From Candidatus Nomurabacteria bacterium (GTDB lineage: Bacteria > Patescibacteriota > Minisyncoccia > Phycocordibacterales > PALSA-1337), in assembly GCA_943349555.1 (NCBI GenBank), contig CALQZK010000001.1:1-34839 (forward strand): a stretch of 34,839 nt of DNA, written 5' to 3'. The first letter of the stretch is position 1; every line of letters begins with the position of its first letter. Positions 9,988 to 21,699 of the stretch are shown here, piece by piece. The notes beneath the pieces are model-generated. The model was not told the DNA's origin. It saw only the letters and a list, made by a program, of their open reading frames with translations, and did not search any database. A program made the translations under genes and the position numbers.

Positions 9988-10015
9988 ATTATATACAGAA
10001 AGCCCAATAGGTCAA
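9988..10015 (-). promoter_or_regulatory. Sigma-70-type promoter for groES-groEL (TTGACC-16-TATAAT), 9 nt before the ATG
   Basis: On the minus strand the -35 TTGACC is at 10010..10015, the -10 TATAAT at 9988..9993, and the ATG at 9978. Confidence 0.55.
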
Positions 10016-10053
10016 CCTTGCATCCCTCCCCCTCCCATGCTATACTCTCCCCA

Positions 10054-10284
10054 ATGAAGACTATTCAAGCTATCTTGCCGTACATTCAGATTGTACTCGC
10101 AATTATTCTTGTAACAGCAATCCTCCTACAGCGCACCGGCGCCCAGATAGGCGGAGCTTTTGGCGGAGGCGACAATTTCAGCTCGGCATACCATACTCGC
10201 CGCGGCTTCGAAAGAACGCTCTTCATTATTACCATTGTTATTGCAATTCTTTTTGCAGTAGGAGCCCTTATCAGCCTGATCTAA
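10054..10284 (+). CDS. secG: Preprotein translocase subunit SecG
   Basis: MKTIQAILPYIQIVLAIILVTAILLQRTGAQIGGAFGG... is the typical SecG two-TM layout with the LLQ...G motif. The upstream part of track ORF 9679..10284 runs antisense to groES and was discarded. Confidence 0.75.
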   Translation: MKTIQAILPYIQIVLAIILVTAILLQRTGAQIGGAFGGGDNFSSAYHTRRGFERTLFIITIVIAILFAVGALISLI

Positions 10285-10309
10285 TAACCTCTCCAAAATA
10301 ATAAGCAGA

Positions 10310-11998
10310 ATGAGCAGAGAATTTCGTATTAAAGGCGGCGAGAAGATTCTCGCCATCATAAAAAGTTTCTCCGCGACCCAGAAAGTGATTTTTGGGCTTT
10401 TGGTCATTGTGAGCGGTATGAGCGCCTTGGCTCTCGCCTGGAATGTCAACAAATCTTTCCTCATGCCTGTGCCAGCTCACGGCGGACGGTTAGTGGAAGG
10501 AGTGGTAGGACTGCCGAGATCCATCAATCCTATTCTAGCTTTTACAGATATTGACCGAGACCTTTCCAGCTTGATATATGCGGGATTGATGAAATATGAG
10601 GATGGTAAGCTTGTTCCAGACCTAGCGAAAAAATATACAGTTTCTGAAGACGGACTGACTTATACTTTCACTCTTAAGGATGACTTGCGCTTCCATGACG
10701 GAGTGCCTCTGACAGCGGATGATGTAGAATTCACCATGCAGAAGATACAGGATAATATTATCAAGAGCCCTCGACGAGCCGACTGGGCGAACACGGCTTT
10801 CAAAAAAATCAGCCCTACCGAAATTCAATTTATATTGAAACAGCCTTATGCCCCTTTCCTCGCCAATACGACTCTAGGAATATTGCCCAAACATATCTGG
10901 AGCAAGGTGAGCTCGGATCAATTTATTTACAGTCAATATAATATAGAGCCGATAGGTTCTGGGCCTTATGAGCTGGAGAATATCCAGAGAGACAGCGGTG
11001 GAATCCCACTCTACTATTCCCTTTCTTCATTCAGCAGATATCATGAAGGCGAGCCTTTTATTTCCAATCTTCTCGTGTATTTTTATCCAAATGAGAAAAA
11101 TTTGCTCGAAGCGTATAATGCCGGTATTGTAGAATCTATCGCTAGAATTTCTGCCAGCGCCGCCGCTCAAATAGCTTCTACTAGTATGCCCGCAACCATC
11201 CTTCATACCCCTCTGCCGAGAATCTTTGGAATATTTTTTAATCAGAATCAAGCACCAATTTTTACTAACAGTGATGTGCGCAAAGCTCTGGACATGGCAA
11301 CAGACAAGCAGAGAGTGGTGCGGGAAGTCCTATACGGATATGGAGTCGTTGCCGACGGCCCATTGCCTTCGCAGAATAGTGAAAAGAGTGAGATAACGCA
11401 ACAGGATATGGAAAAGAATATCGCAAAAGATATAGAGAGCGCAAAAGCTCTCCTTGCAAAGAAAAATAGCACTCTGGAATTTTCCATAGCCACAGCCGAC
11501 TCTCCGGATCTGAAGCAGGTAGCAGAAATAATCAAACAGGATTGGGAAAAAATAGGGGCGAAAGTGACAATAAAAGTTTTTGAATACGGCGACCTGTACC
11601 AGAATGTCATTGCCACAAGAAAATATGATGCTCTGCTGTTCGGGGAATCCATAGGAAAAGATCTCGACCTGTACGCCTTCTGGCATTCATCGCAGAGGAA
11701 TTCTCCAGGGCTGAATGTAGCCATGTATGTCAACAGTAAGGCCGACAAGTTATTGGAAGATGCCAGAGTCGCATCTGACAGTAAAGGTAAGGAAAAGATC
11801 CATGCTCAGTTTGAAAAGATAATCCAAGAAGACGTGCCGGCGATATTCCTTTATTCCCCAGACTTCATATATATCATTCCTGACAAGCTGGAAGGTGTCA
11901 GTCTGGGAAGCATTACTGCTCCAACGGACAGATTTTATGGAATAAATAAATGGTATGTCGAAACCGCCAATGTTTGGAAAATATTTAACAAAGAATAA
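10310..11998 (+). CDS. ABC transporter substrate-binding protein, family 5 (peptide/nickel type)
   Basis: TM anchor, then ...YAGLMKYEDGKLVPDLAKKYTVSEDGLTYTFTLKDDLRFHDGVPLTADDVEFT, a typical SBP_bac_5 sequence. Confidence 0.82.
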   Translation: MSREFRIKGGEKILAIIKSFSATQKVIFGLLVIVSGMSALALAWNVNKSFLMPVPAHGGRLVEGVVGLPRSINPILAFTDIDRDLSSLIYAGLMKYEDGKLVPDLAKKYTVSEDGLTYTFTLKDDLRFHDGVPLTADDVEFTMQKIQDNIIKSPRRADWANTAFKKISPTEIQFILKQPYAPFLANTTLGILPKHIWSKVSSDQFIYSQYNIEPIGSGPYELENIQRDSGGIPLYYSLSSFSRYHEGEPFISNLLVYFYPNEKNLLEAYNAGIVESIARISASAAAQIASTSMPATILHTPLPRIFGIFFNQNQAPIFTNSDVRKALDMATDKQRVVREVLYGYGVVADGPLPSQNSEKSEITQQDMEKNIAKDIESAKALLAKKNSTLEFSIATADSPDLKQVAEIIKQDWEKIGAKVTIKVFEYGDLYQNVIATRKYDALLFGESIGKDLDLYAFWHSSQRNSPGLNVAMYVNSKADKLLEDARVASDSKGKEKIHAQFEKIIQEDVPAIFLYSPDFIYIIPDKLEGVSLGSITAPTDRFYGINKWYVETANVWKIFNKE

Positions 11999-12008
11999 TT
12001 AAAAAATA

Positions 12009-13862
12009 ATGGAACCAATTAAACCACCAGAAATATCAACGAGACCTGCAGTAAAAAGAGATTTTAGACCGGCTAGAGGCGATAGCCGAGGACAGCGAGG
12101 CGCGCCAAGACCGCCAGTGAAAGCAGAAACACAAGTCCATAAAAAAACAGAGGACATTGTGCCTCCCCTTGCACCTACTTCTATCCGAATTATTCCCCTC
12201 GGAGGAGTAGAAGAAATCGGTAAGAACATGACACTGATCGAATATGGGAATGACATCGTTATCATTGATATCGGCTTCCAATTCAAGGATGAGAACACTC
12301 CAGGAATAGACTATATTCTCCCCAATACGAAATATCTTGAGGAAAAAAAGGATAAGATCCGCGCAGTCATTATTACCCACGGCCATCTAGACCATATAGG
12401 AGGAATACCGTATGTTATGCCTCGTATTGGCAATCCTCCTCTATACACCCGCATGCTAACTTCCATCATGATCAAGAAGCGCCAGGAGGAATTCCCTTCT
12501 CTTCCGCCATTGAATATGAAGATTGTGGAAAAAGGCGAGACTATCACTGTTGGTTCTCTTAAGGTCAGTTTCTTCTCCGTCACCCACACTATTCCCGATG
12601 CCATGGGAGTCATCATCAGCACACCTCATGGAGACATCGTGCACACCGGCGACCTCAAGCTCGACCATGTGAATGGAGTGCCGACAGAGGAAGAAGAAGC
12701 AGAATACGACCGCGCCTTCAAGACTCGCAAAGTTCTCCTTCTTATGGCGGATTCCACGAATGTGGAAAATCCAGGCTTCTCTATTCCAGAAAAAGTGGTG
12801 CATAAGAATATTGAAGAAATTATAAAAAATACACATGGCCGATTGATCATTGCCACCTTTGCTTCGCTCCTAGAAAGAATGCTAAAAATAATAGAATTCG
12901 CGGAAAAATACGGCAAGAAAGTGGTCGTGGAAGGGAGGAGTATGAAGACGAATATAGAAATCTGCAAACATCTCGGTCTATTGAAGCCCAAGCCTGACAC
13001 CCTCATCACCGTTGAACAAATGCCGCAGTTCCCCCCAGAGAGGATTGTCATCCTAGCTACCGGAGCGCAGGGAGATGAATTCGCAGCTATGATGCGCATA
13101 TCAAATAAGACTCATAAATATATAAAGATCACCAAGCGCGATACCATCCTTCTCTCCTCATCTATCATCCCTGGAAATGAAAGGGCGGTGCAGAAGTTGA
13201 AGGACAATCTCTCTCGTCAAGGAGCGCACATTATCCATTACCGCATTGCCGATGTGCATTCTTCCGGACATGCCAACAAGGATGAGACGGCTTGGATACA
13301 CAAGAAGATTCATCCCAAGTTCTTTATGCCAGTCCACGGATATCACTACATGCTCAGAGTTCATGGTGAAATTGCAATGGATACAAATGGATTGACAGAA
13401 GATCAAGTTATCATTCCCGACAATGGATCTGTAGTAGAAATCCAAGCCAGTGAAAATGACAGCGGAGCTAAAATTGTAAAATTGAAAGAAAAAGCACCTT
13501 CAGGAATCGTCATGGTGGACGGCTTCTCTGTCGGAGACATCCAGGATGTGGTCATTCGCGATAGGCAAATGCTTGCGCAGGATGGAATATTCATTGTCTT
13601 TGCAATTATAAATGCCCAAACAGGAAGGCTAAAGAAATCTCCAGATATCATTTCCCGAGGCTTCGTCTATCTGCGAGAGTCCCAAGACCTATTGCATCAC
13701 GCCAGAATGATTATAAAAAATACGGTGGAGGAATCGACGCGAGGGATGAATCCTATCAACATAGAATACGTCAAAACAAATATCAGCGACAATGTCAGCA
13801 AGTTCTTATTGCAAAAAACTGCCAAACGACCCATCGTCATTCCTGTCCTATTAAGCATATAG
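12009..13862 (+). CDS. rnj: Ribonuclease J with an Arg/Pro-rich N-terminal extension
   Basis: IIPLGGVEEIGKNM...ITHGHLDHIGG (metallo-beta-lactamase/beta-CASP) plus the RNase J C-terminal domain. Confidence 0.9.
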   Translation: MEPIKPPEISTRPAVKRDFRPARGDSRGQRGAPRPPVKAETQVHKKTEDIVPPLAPTSIRIIPLGGVEEIGKNMTLIEYGNDIVIIDIGFQFKDENTPGIDYILPNTKYLEEKKDKIRAVIITHGHLDHIGGIPYVMPRIGNPPLYTRMLTSIMIKKRQEEFPSLPPLNMKIVEKGETITVGSLKVSFFSVTHTIPDAMGVIISTPHGDIVHTGDLKLDHVNGVPTEEEEAEYDRAFKTRKVLLLMADSTNVENPGFSIPEKVVHKNIEEIIKNTHGRLIIATFASLLERMLKIIEFAEKYGKKVVVEGRSMKTNIEICKHLGLLKPKPDTLITVEQMPQFPPERIVILATGAQGDEFAAMMRISNKTHKYIKITKRDTILLSSSIIPGNERAVQKLKDNLSRQGAHIIHYRIADVHSSGHANKDETAWIHKKIHPKFFMPVHGYHYMLRVHGEIAMDTNGLTEDQVIIPDNGSVVEIQASENDSGAKIVKLKEKAPSGIVMVDGFSVGDIQDVVIRDRQMLAQDGIFIVFAIINAQTGRLKKSPDIISRGFVYLRESQDLLHHARMIIKNTVEESTRGMNPINIEYVKTNISDNVSKFLLQKTAKRPIVIPVLLSI

Positions 13863-13886
13863 TATATTGCTGTTATAATAACTGGC

Positions 13887-15073
13887 ATGAGACACCAGCA
13901 TGCTCTTCCTCGGCTAAATAAGCAGAGCCATATCCTCTACACAATAGCGGTTATCGGCTTCATCTACACCATGCATGTTGTCATGCCGATGTATTCCAAT
14001 TCCAGTTTCTTGAGCTTGCTGACGGATGAGAAAACTCTGGGATTGATATATATGCTTGGCAGTGCAGCAACTGTCCTGGGCTTTTTATTTGTTCCTTTTC
14101 TCATTCGCAAAGTGGGAAATTATACAACTGCCCTTTGGTTGATTATGATTCAAGCTGGACTTTTCTACGGCCTGAGCACAACGCTTGATCCTAGGTTAAT
14201 TGCCCTTTTCTTCATTCTGCAGAGTGCCATCATCGCACTCATTGGCTTTTGCCTAGACATATTCCTGGAAGTCTATTCCGACACCTCACATGTGGGAGTC
14301 ATCCGTGGGATGTACATGACAGCTATTAACTGTGCTTGGATAATCGGACCCCTGCTTGGCAGTATGATCATAGGAGAAATGAATGACTATAGGAGCGTAT
14401 ACACTGCCTCCCTTTTTATGCTCTTTCCTCTTTTTTATCTTGTCTTTAAAAATTTCCCGAAGTTCAAGGATCCTCATTACCACCATCCTTCTCTCTGGCA
14501 GACATTTGTTAAATTAACGAAAGATTCCAATCATTCCCGGCTTTTTTTCATCAATATTATATTGCAAATATTTTATGCCTGGATGGTTGTCTACAGTCCT
14601 ATTTATCTTCATACTGTCGTAGGATTGTCTTGGTCGGAGATCGGCATTATTTTGACCGTTATGCTACTGCCGTTTCCACTCCTACAATTGCCTTTAGGAA
14701 AAATCGCCGATAAAAAATATGGGGAAAAAGAAATAATGGTTATCGGTTTTGCTTTACTCGGACTTTCGACTATTGCTCTGGCTGCTATTATTTCAAAAAG
14801 TGTAATGATCTGGGCAATTGGACTTTTCATCACCCGCATTGGAGCCGCCTCCGCAGAGATTATGATAGAGACGTATTTCTTCAAAACTGTCGATCCCAAA
14901 GATCCCAATATCCTCGGCTTCTTCCGCATTACCCGCTCCATTTCCTATTTCATTGCGCCGTTGATTACGGGTTTTGTCTTGATCTACACTTCTGATCAGT
15001 CGTATATGTTTGTGGTGATCGGGCTACTCTGCCTACTGGCGATAGTGCCTGCGTGGGGGTTGGGGGATACGGA

Positions 15074-15077
<4 letters not shown>
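13887..15077 (+). CDS. MFS-type transporter
   Basis: About 12 predicted hydrophobic helices with a size and layout typical of MFS. No family-specific motif was checked. Confidence 0.55.
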
Positions 15078-17304
<2,227 letters not shown>

Positions 17305-17315
17305 ATTTTATAAAA

Positions 17316-18590
17316 CTATTTATTGACGCTATTATTACCACTTGGTAAAAATCCACCCAAGAATCTTACCAAAAGTATGACTCCTGTTGCAAGGAAAATT
17401 CCTAGAGACCAGCCAGCCAAGACATCAGAGAACCAGTGAACGCTCAACATAATACGACTTAGACCTATTAATAATACTATTACTACACAGGCCACGATAA
17501 GAGCTTCTCTTTTTACCCACGACTTGATTCTTGGAGCAAAAACATAGGCAAAAGAAACAAAAAATGCAGCCGCCAGCCCTGCATGACCACTAGGGAAACT
17601 TCCATCGGAAAGCATGGCTATAGCATTCTCTGGTCGCGCTCTCATAAATAATTCCTTCATAAATATAATAATTACTGAAGCAGACGCAACCGAAAAAATC
17701 ATAATCCACGCCCTTCTGTGTCTTTTTTTAAACAAGAACACTAGGCCGATGACTACACCAACAAACAACATAACCTTGGTATCCCCGATTTTGCTGATGA
17801 AGAAAGAAAGATTGATAAGAGATGGCGTGACATTTTCCGCCACAAAGACATTTGTAGAGATGTCGAAGTTGGCAATGAAGGAATTCGAGGAGAAACTGTC
17901 CTGTATTGTCTTTGCCAATGACCAGAGGGAAATGAGGTTCAGTCCCAAAATAAAAAGTTCGTATTTTTTAAAAACATGGAAGCGCTTATTGACCAATTTG
18001 TATCCCCAGATTATCAAGATTGTAGCCACAATAGCGATTGAGAGTAATTTACCTATAGAACTAGCGACTGCATGATAGCTAGCTCCGAAGACATAGCCGA
18101 TCAGTATGGATATCACCACCCACAGTGTACTGCCGATAATATTGTAAATCCAAAATTTATTTATATGCGTACCATTCGCTCCAACGATAAATGGGATGAG
18201 GGGGCGAGTGATTGGGCTGAATTTACCAAGAATAATAGATTTTCCTGTATGCTTATTGATCAGATTTTTTGCTTTTTCTATATGCTCCTCCTTGAGGAAA
18301 ATGTATTTGCCATATCTTGTCAACAAAGAATATCCGTATCGCCTACCAAGGAGGAATCCTAGAATATCCCCAAGGGTCGTCATGGCAATAGTCACGAGCA
18401 GAACCCATGCCAGATTAAGAACGCCGATCTTGACCAAGAAGCCTGCGGTAATAATAGCGATATGCCCAGGGAAAAATGAACCGATAATAGGCAGGCCTTC
18501 CATGAGGACAATGAATCCAAGAATCCAATATCCGCCACCGGAAAGGAGGTCTGGGAGACTGCTTATGATATTGGAAATGTAGTGCGGCAT
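17316..18590 (-). CDS. Fusion protein: DedA/VTT (SNARE-associated) domain + PAP2 phosphatase domain
   Basis: The N-terminal half has LMEGLPIIGSFFPGH...GRRYG...GKFSPITRPLIPFIVG (DedA). The C-terminal half has KELFMRARP...PSGH...SRIMLSVHWFSDV (PAP2 motifs C1-C3). The start was set at the ATG at 18590; the track start at 18629 is a GTG. Confidence 0.75.
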   Translation of the reverse strand: MPHYISNIISSLPDLLSGGGYWILGFIVLMEGLPIIGSFFPGHIAIITAGFLVKIGVLNLAWVLLVTIAMTTLGDILGFLLGRRYGYSLLTRYGKYIFLKEEHIEKAKNLINKHTGKSIILGKFSPITRPLIPFIVGANGTHINKFWIYNIIGSTLWVVISILIGYVFGASYHAVASSIGKLLSIAIVATILIIWGYKLVNKRFHVFKKYELFILGLNLISLWSLAKTIQDSFSSNSFIANFDISTNVFVAENVTPSLINLSFFISKIGDTKVMLFVGVVIGLVFLFKKRHRRAWIMIFSVASASVIIIFMKELFMRARPENAIAMLSDGSFPSGHAGLAAAFFVSFAYVFAPRIKSWVKREALIVACVVIVLLIGLSRIMLSVHWFSDVLAGWSLGIFLATGVILLVRFLGGFLPSGNNSVNK

Positions 18591-18620
18591 AAAGCTATAC
18601 AATAATATTATAGCATAGTG

Positions 18621-18626
18621 TATAAT
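18621..18626 (+). promoter_or_regulatory. TATAAT -10 box 6 nt upstream of the response-regulator ATG (leaderless-type)
   Basis: The sequence reads gtgTATAATcactttATG. Confidence 0.45.
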
Positions 18627-18632
18627 CACTTT

Positions 18633-19301
18633 ATGAAAATTTTGATTGTGGAAGACGATGTCGAAATATCAGAATTCCTAAAGATTGGCTTCGAAGCAGA
18701 CGGCTTTATTGTCGACAAAGCCTATGATGGTGAGGAAGGTTCTTACAAAGCCAGGACAAATATCTATGATGTCATAATCCTCGACAATTCCCTGCCTATC
18801 CAGAATGGTATCGAAGTATGCAGAGATATTCGAGCCATAGGTTCTTCTGTTCCAATCATTTTTCTCTCTGTCATAGGAGATACAGAAAAGAAAATTGATG
18901 CCATAGAAAAAGGCGCTGATGACTATATCACCAAACCTTTTTCTTTCGATGAATTGCGTGCGAGGGTGAAAGCTCTCTTGAGACGGCCAAAGAAAATAGA
19001 AATTCCAGTAGTGAAAGTCGGTGAGCTGGTCTTGGATAAAGAAAAGAAGGAAGCGTACAGGAATGAGATTTCCCTTAACCTTACGCGTAAAGAATATAAT
19101 CTTCTGGAATATCTGATGCGCAATCCAGGAATTGTAGTCTCCAGGACCATGATCATGGAGCATGTCTGGAGTGCGGAGAGCGATCCCTTCTCCAATACCG
19201 TCGAAGCCCACATGTCCAACCTCCGCAAGAAAATAAATGCTGGTGATCAGAAAGATATTATCAAGAACCTTGTGGGCCGAGGCTATATGATTCAAGACTA
19301 A
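18633..19301 (+). CDS. OmpR-family response regulator
   Basis: The receiver domain has MKILIVEDD...DVIILD...KP. The winged-helix output domain has LTRKEYNLLEYLMRNPG...VW. Confidence 0.9.
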   Translation: MKILIVEDDVEISEFLKIGFEADGFIVDKAYDGEEGSYKARTNIYDVIILDNSLPIQNGIEVCRDIRAIGSSVPIIFLSVIGDTEKKIDAIEKGADDYITKPFSFDELRARVKALLRRPKKIEIPVVKVGELVLDKEKKEAYRNEISLNLTRKEYNLLEYLMRNPGIVVSRTMIMEHVWSAESDPFSNTVEAHMSNLRKKINAGDQKDIIKNLVGRGYMIQD

Positions 19302-19304
19302 ACC

Positions 19305-20156
19305 ATGAGTATTGCCGACATTTTGACTTATATTCCTATTGGCGTTCTCATCCTAACCCTCTTTTGGCTTTCGAACCGAGAAATGCGCAAGACTCTAGAA
19401 CTGACAAAAGCTTCGGAGAAAATGCTAGCCAGAGACCGAGACGAATTGAGGATAAAGATGGATGAGAGGACGAGTGAATTAAAGGAAAATAGGATTGCTA
19501 GGATGAATGAGCTGGCCAAGGCGGCAGAATTCGGCAGGTTGTCCCAAGGACTTTTCCATGATCTAATGACTCCCCTGACTTCCATGGTGCTACACGCAGA
19601 AAAGAATAATGATATTAAAATCAAACAAGCTTCCGATCGAATGAATTCATACATAAATGACATACGTTCTACTTTATCCAGAGAAGAAGCCGAGAGAGAA
19701 TGTAACCTCAAAGACGAACTGGAAAATATCTTACGCCTAATGACTTATAAAATCCGCAGTCAGAATGTGGAGATATCTATAAAAGAGACTGGTAACAGCA
19801 CTTGGCATGGCAATCCAATAAAGATTCGTCAGATTTTCTCTAATCTTATTTCAAATGCTATTGATTCATTTGATGACAAGAGGACTCCCAGTAAGAAAAT
19901 TGAAATCGAATTAATCCAAAATCAAAATGGGAACGTTATAAAAATAAAAGATAACGGCTGTGGTATAGAAGAAGGAAAAATCGATAGAATCTTTGACGCC
20001 TTCTTTACCACCAAAGCTCCAGGTAAAGGCACGGGAATTGGACTGACTACGGTAAAGTCTATTGTGGGGAAAGATTTAAAAGGAAAGATAGAGGTGGAGA
20101 GCAGCACCGTCACAGGCACAACTTTTATCATAACTTTTCCTAAAAAAATCAAATAG
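19305..20156 (+). CDS. Sensor histidine kinase (single TM, HisKA + HATPase_c)
   Basis: H-box FHDLMTPLTS, N-box NLISNAIDS, G1 DNGCGI, G2 GTGIGL. Confidence 0.85.
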   Translation: MSIADILTYIPIGVLILTLFWLSNREMRKTLELTKASEKMLARDRDELRIKMDERTSELKENRIARMNELAKAAEFGRLSQGLFHDLMTPLTSMVLHAEKNNDIKIKQASDRMNSYINDIRSTLSREEAERECNLKDELENILRLMTYKIRSQNVEISIKETGNSTWHGNPIKIRQIFSNLISNAIDSFDDKRTPSKKIEIELIQNQNGNVIKIKDNGCGIEEGKIDRIFDAFFTTKAPGKGTGIGLTTVKSIVGKDLKGKIEVESSTVTGTTFIITFPKKIK

Positions 20157-20994
20157 AAATATAGAGATCTTTCCTCGTCTCACTGACACCAACACATTCT
20201 GCTTGTCCCTTAATAATCCTTTCAAAAGGCTTACAGGCGAAACATCCATTCTCACCCTTAGGACACAAAAATTCTTTCATTTCTCTTGCTTTTTTAACCT
20301 CTGTTGCAACACTAAAAACTTTTTCAAAAGATTCATTTACATCAGGCAAAGGCGCCTCCGCAGGCATATCATCCCTATCTATATACCAGTAGCTCGCTCC
20401 GCTGACTTTCCTCTTCTGCAAATTTTTCAAAAGCAATTGGTAAATGGGAAGCTGGAGCGACTCTTCCTTTTCTTCATTTTTTCCAGTCTTAAAATCCAGG
20501 ATATGGACACTATCATCTACAGGCTTGTGTATCAGCCAGTCGATCTTTCCACAAAGAATAATATTTTCTTCTTCAGAGAGAAAGTAATTCGGCGGCATGC
20601 CATTATTGCCTCCTTTTATCCTGACTGTCTTTTCTTCCAGGGGTGTGCTATTTTTCTCCACTCTCAATATCATCTCTCTAGCTCTTTCCTTTGCCTCTGT
20701 CTCCTGTGTGTCCGATACAAATCCTCCCTTCTTTCCGCTTACTTTTTGCCAAGCTTTATCAAAATTTTCCAGAAGAGGCTTGCTGAAGCGCTCTTCCGCA
20801 GGGATGAAAGCCAGGCTTTCTATGACTTCATGTACTGCGCTTCCTAGCGACATAGCCGGGCTGACAATGCCTATTTTCCTGCCGGTTTTTGGATTTTTGT
20901 AAACATTATTAAGATAATAACAGCGCGGGCACTTCAAAAAGTCCCCCATCGAGGAGTGCGAAACCCACACTGCGGTGTATTTATCTTGCGACAC
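20149..20994 (-). CDS. PD-(D/E)XK nuclease, Cas4/RecB-like with Cys cluster
   Basis: N-terminal CPRCYY, the core GKIDWL...ILDFKTGK (D...D/ExK), QLPIYQLL (QhxxY), and C-terminal CPKGENGCFAC. Confidence 0.6.
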   Translation of the reverse strand: MSQDKYTAVWVSHSSMGDFLKCPRCYYLNNVYKNPKTGRKIGIVSPAMSLGSAVHEVIESLAFIPAEERFSKPLLENFDKAWQKVSGKKGGFVSDTQETEAKERAREMILRVEKNSTPLEEKTVRIKGGNNGMPPNYFLSEEENIILCGKIDWLIHKPVDDSVHILDFKTGKNEEKEESLQLPIYQLLLKNLQKRKVSGASYWYIDRDDMPAEAPLPDVNESFEKVFSVATEVKKAREMKEFLCPKGENGCFACKPFERIIKGQAECVGVSETRKDLYISI

Positions 20995-21069
20995 AAAGGA
21001 AGTATAGCAGAAAAGATAGGTCTAGACACAATAGGAAGATGTATGGCTTGTTGGTGTTTTTGACAAATC

Positions 21070-21106
21070 TTTATCGATTCTTAAGCAGAAATTTATCGAA
21101 TCTTAA
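21070..21106 (+). promoter_or_regulatory. Two 15-nt direct repeats (TTTATCGAwTCTTAA) spaced 22 nt apart, upstream of the 124-aa orphan gene
   Basis: tttatcgattcttaa at 21070..21084 and tttatcgaatcttaa at 21092..21106 match at 14/15 positions. Confidence 0.4.
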
Positions 21107-21154
21107 TAACTATTTGATATGGTGTACTAATTATTAGATTTGAAATACACCATA

Positions 21155-21526
21155 ATGATGAAAATAAAACAAATAGGAATGGGAGAATTTGGAGTAATTT
21201 ATGAGGGAGTGGAGGGAAAAGAGGCGGTAGATTTTCTCCTCTTGATTCGAGAAGGAGAAGTCAGGAATGCTTTCACTCGCTCTGATATAGGGAGTATCGA
21301 TTTGGTGTGGGGTAAAGAGGGAGATAATGGGTATGGGCTTGCCCACTTTCAAAATCGAAAGGGGGCATTGAAGAATCTGCGAGATGTGGTGGAAAAAGGA
21401 ACCTTACAATCGACAAATGATAACAGTGTCATTTTGATAAAACGGGTGGTAGGAAGTGGAGGAACCGCTATAGTTCAGTTGGACTGGAAGGGTGAACCCA
21501 AACGATGGATTATAACTTCTTACTAA
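21155..21526 (+). CDS. Hypothetical protein
   Basis: An ORF with large flanking intergenic regions and no confidently recognised domain. The ATG at 21155 is preferred over the TTG at 21140. Confidence 0.5.
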   Translation: MMKIKQIGMGEFGVIYEGVEGKEAVDFLLLIREGEVRNAFTRSDIGSIDLVWGKEGDNGYGLAHFQNRKGALKNLRDVVEKGTLQSTNDNSVILIKRVVGSGGTAIVQLDWKGEPKRWIITSY

Positions 21527-21640
21527 AATGCTTAAACCCACGATTTCTCATGGGTCTTTTGATAGGCATTCTTCCTCAAAAGTTTTATAAGCAGAATTAA
21601 TAATAATCCTATCAAGTTAATAACCTGTAGTCAAGGCACA

Positions 21641-21673
21641 ATAAAAATACCGCCCCTTTTGGAGAGACGGTAT
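21641..21673 (-). terminator. Putative intrinsic terminator after the ABC gene
   Basis: The minus strand has stem ATACCG/CGGTAT followed by TTTTTAT, 27 nt after the stop codon. Confidence 0.4.
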
Positions 21674-21699
21674 TGTGTGTAACTGAATTAAATGTATTT

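Noticed and set aside
9979-10053. CIRCE/HrcA operator upstream of groES
   Set aside because: I searched the spacer for TTAGCACTC-N9-GAGTGCTAA-like inverted repeats and found none.
18678-20847. Long antisense ORFs (18678..19295, 205 aa; 20203..20847, 214 aa). Similar ORFs lie opposite groEL, the solute-binding protein, RNase J, DedA-PAP2 and gatA.
   Set aside because: They are in the codon-complementary frame of well-supported genes and have Phe/Leu/Ser/Ile-rich low-complexity translations with no motifs. These are typical shadow ORFs.
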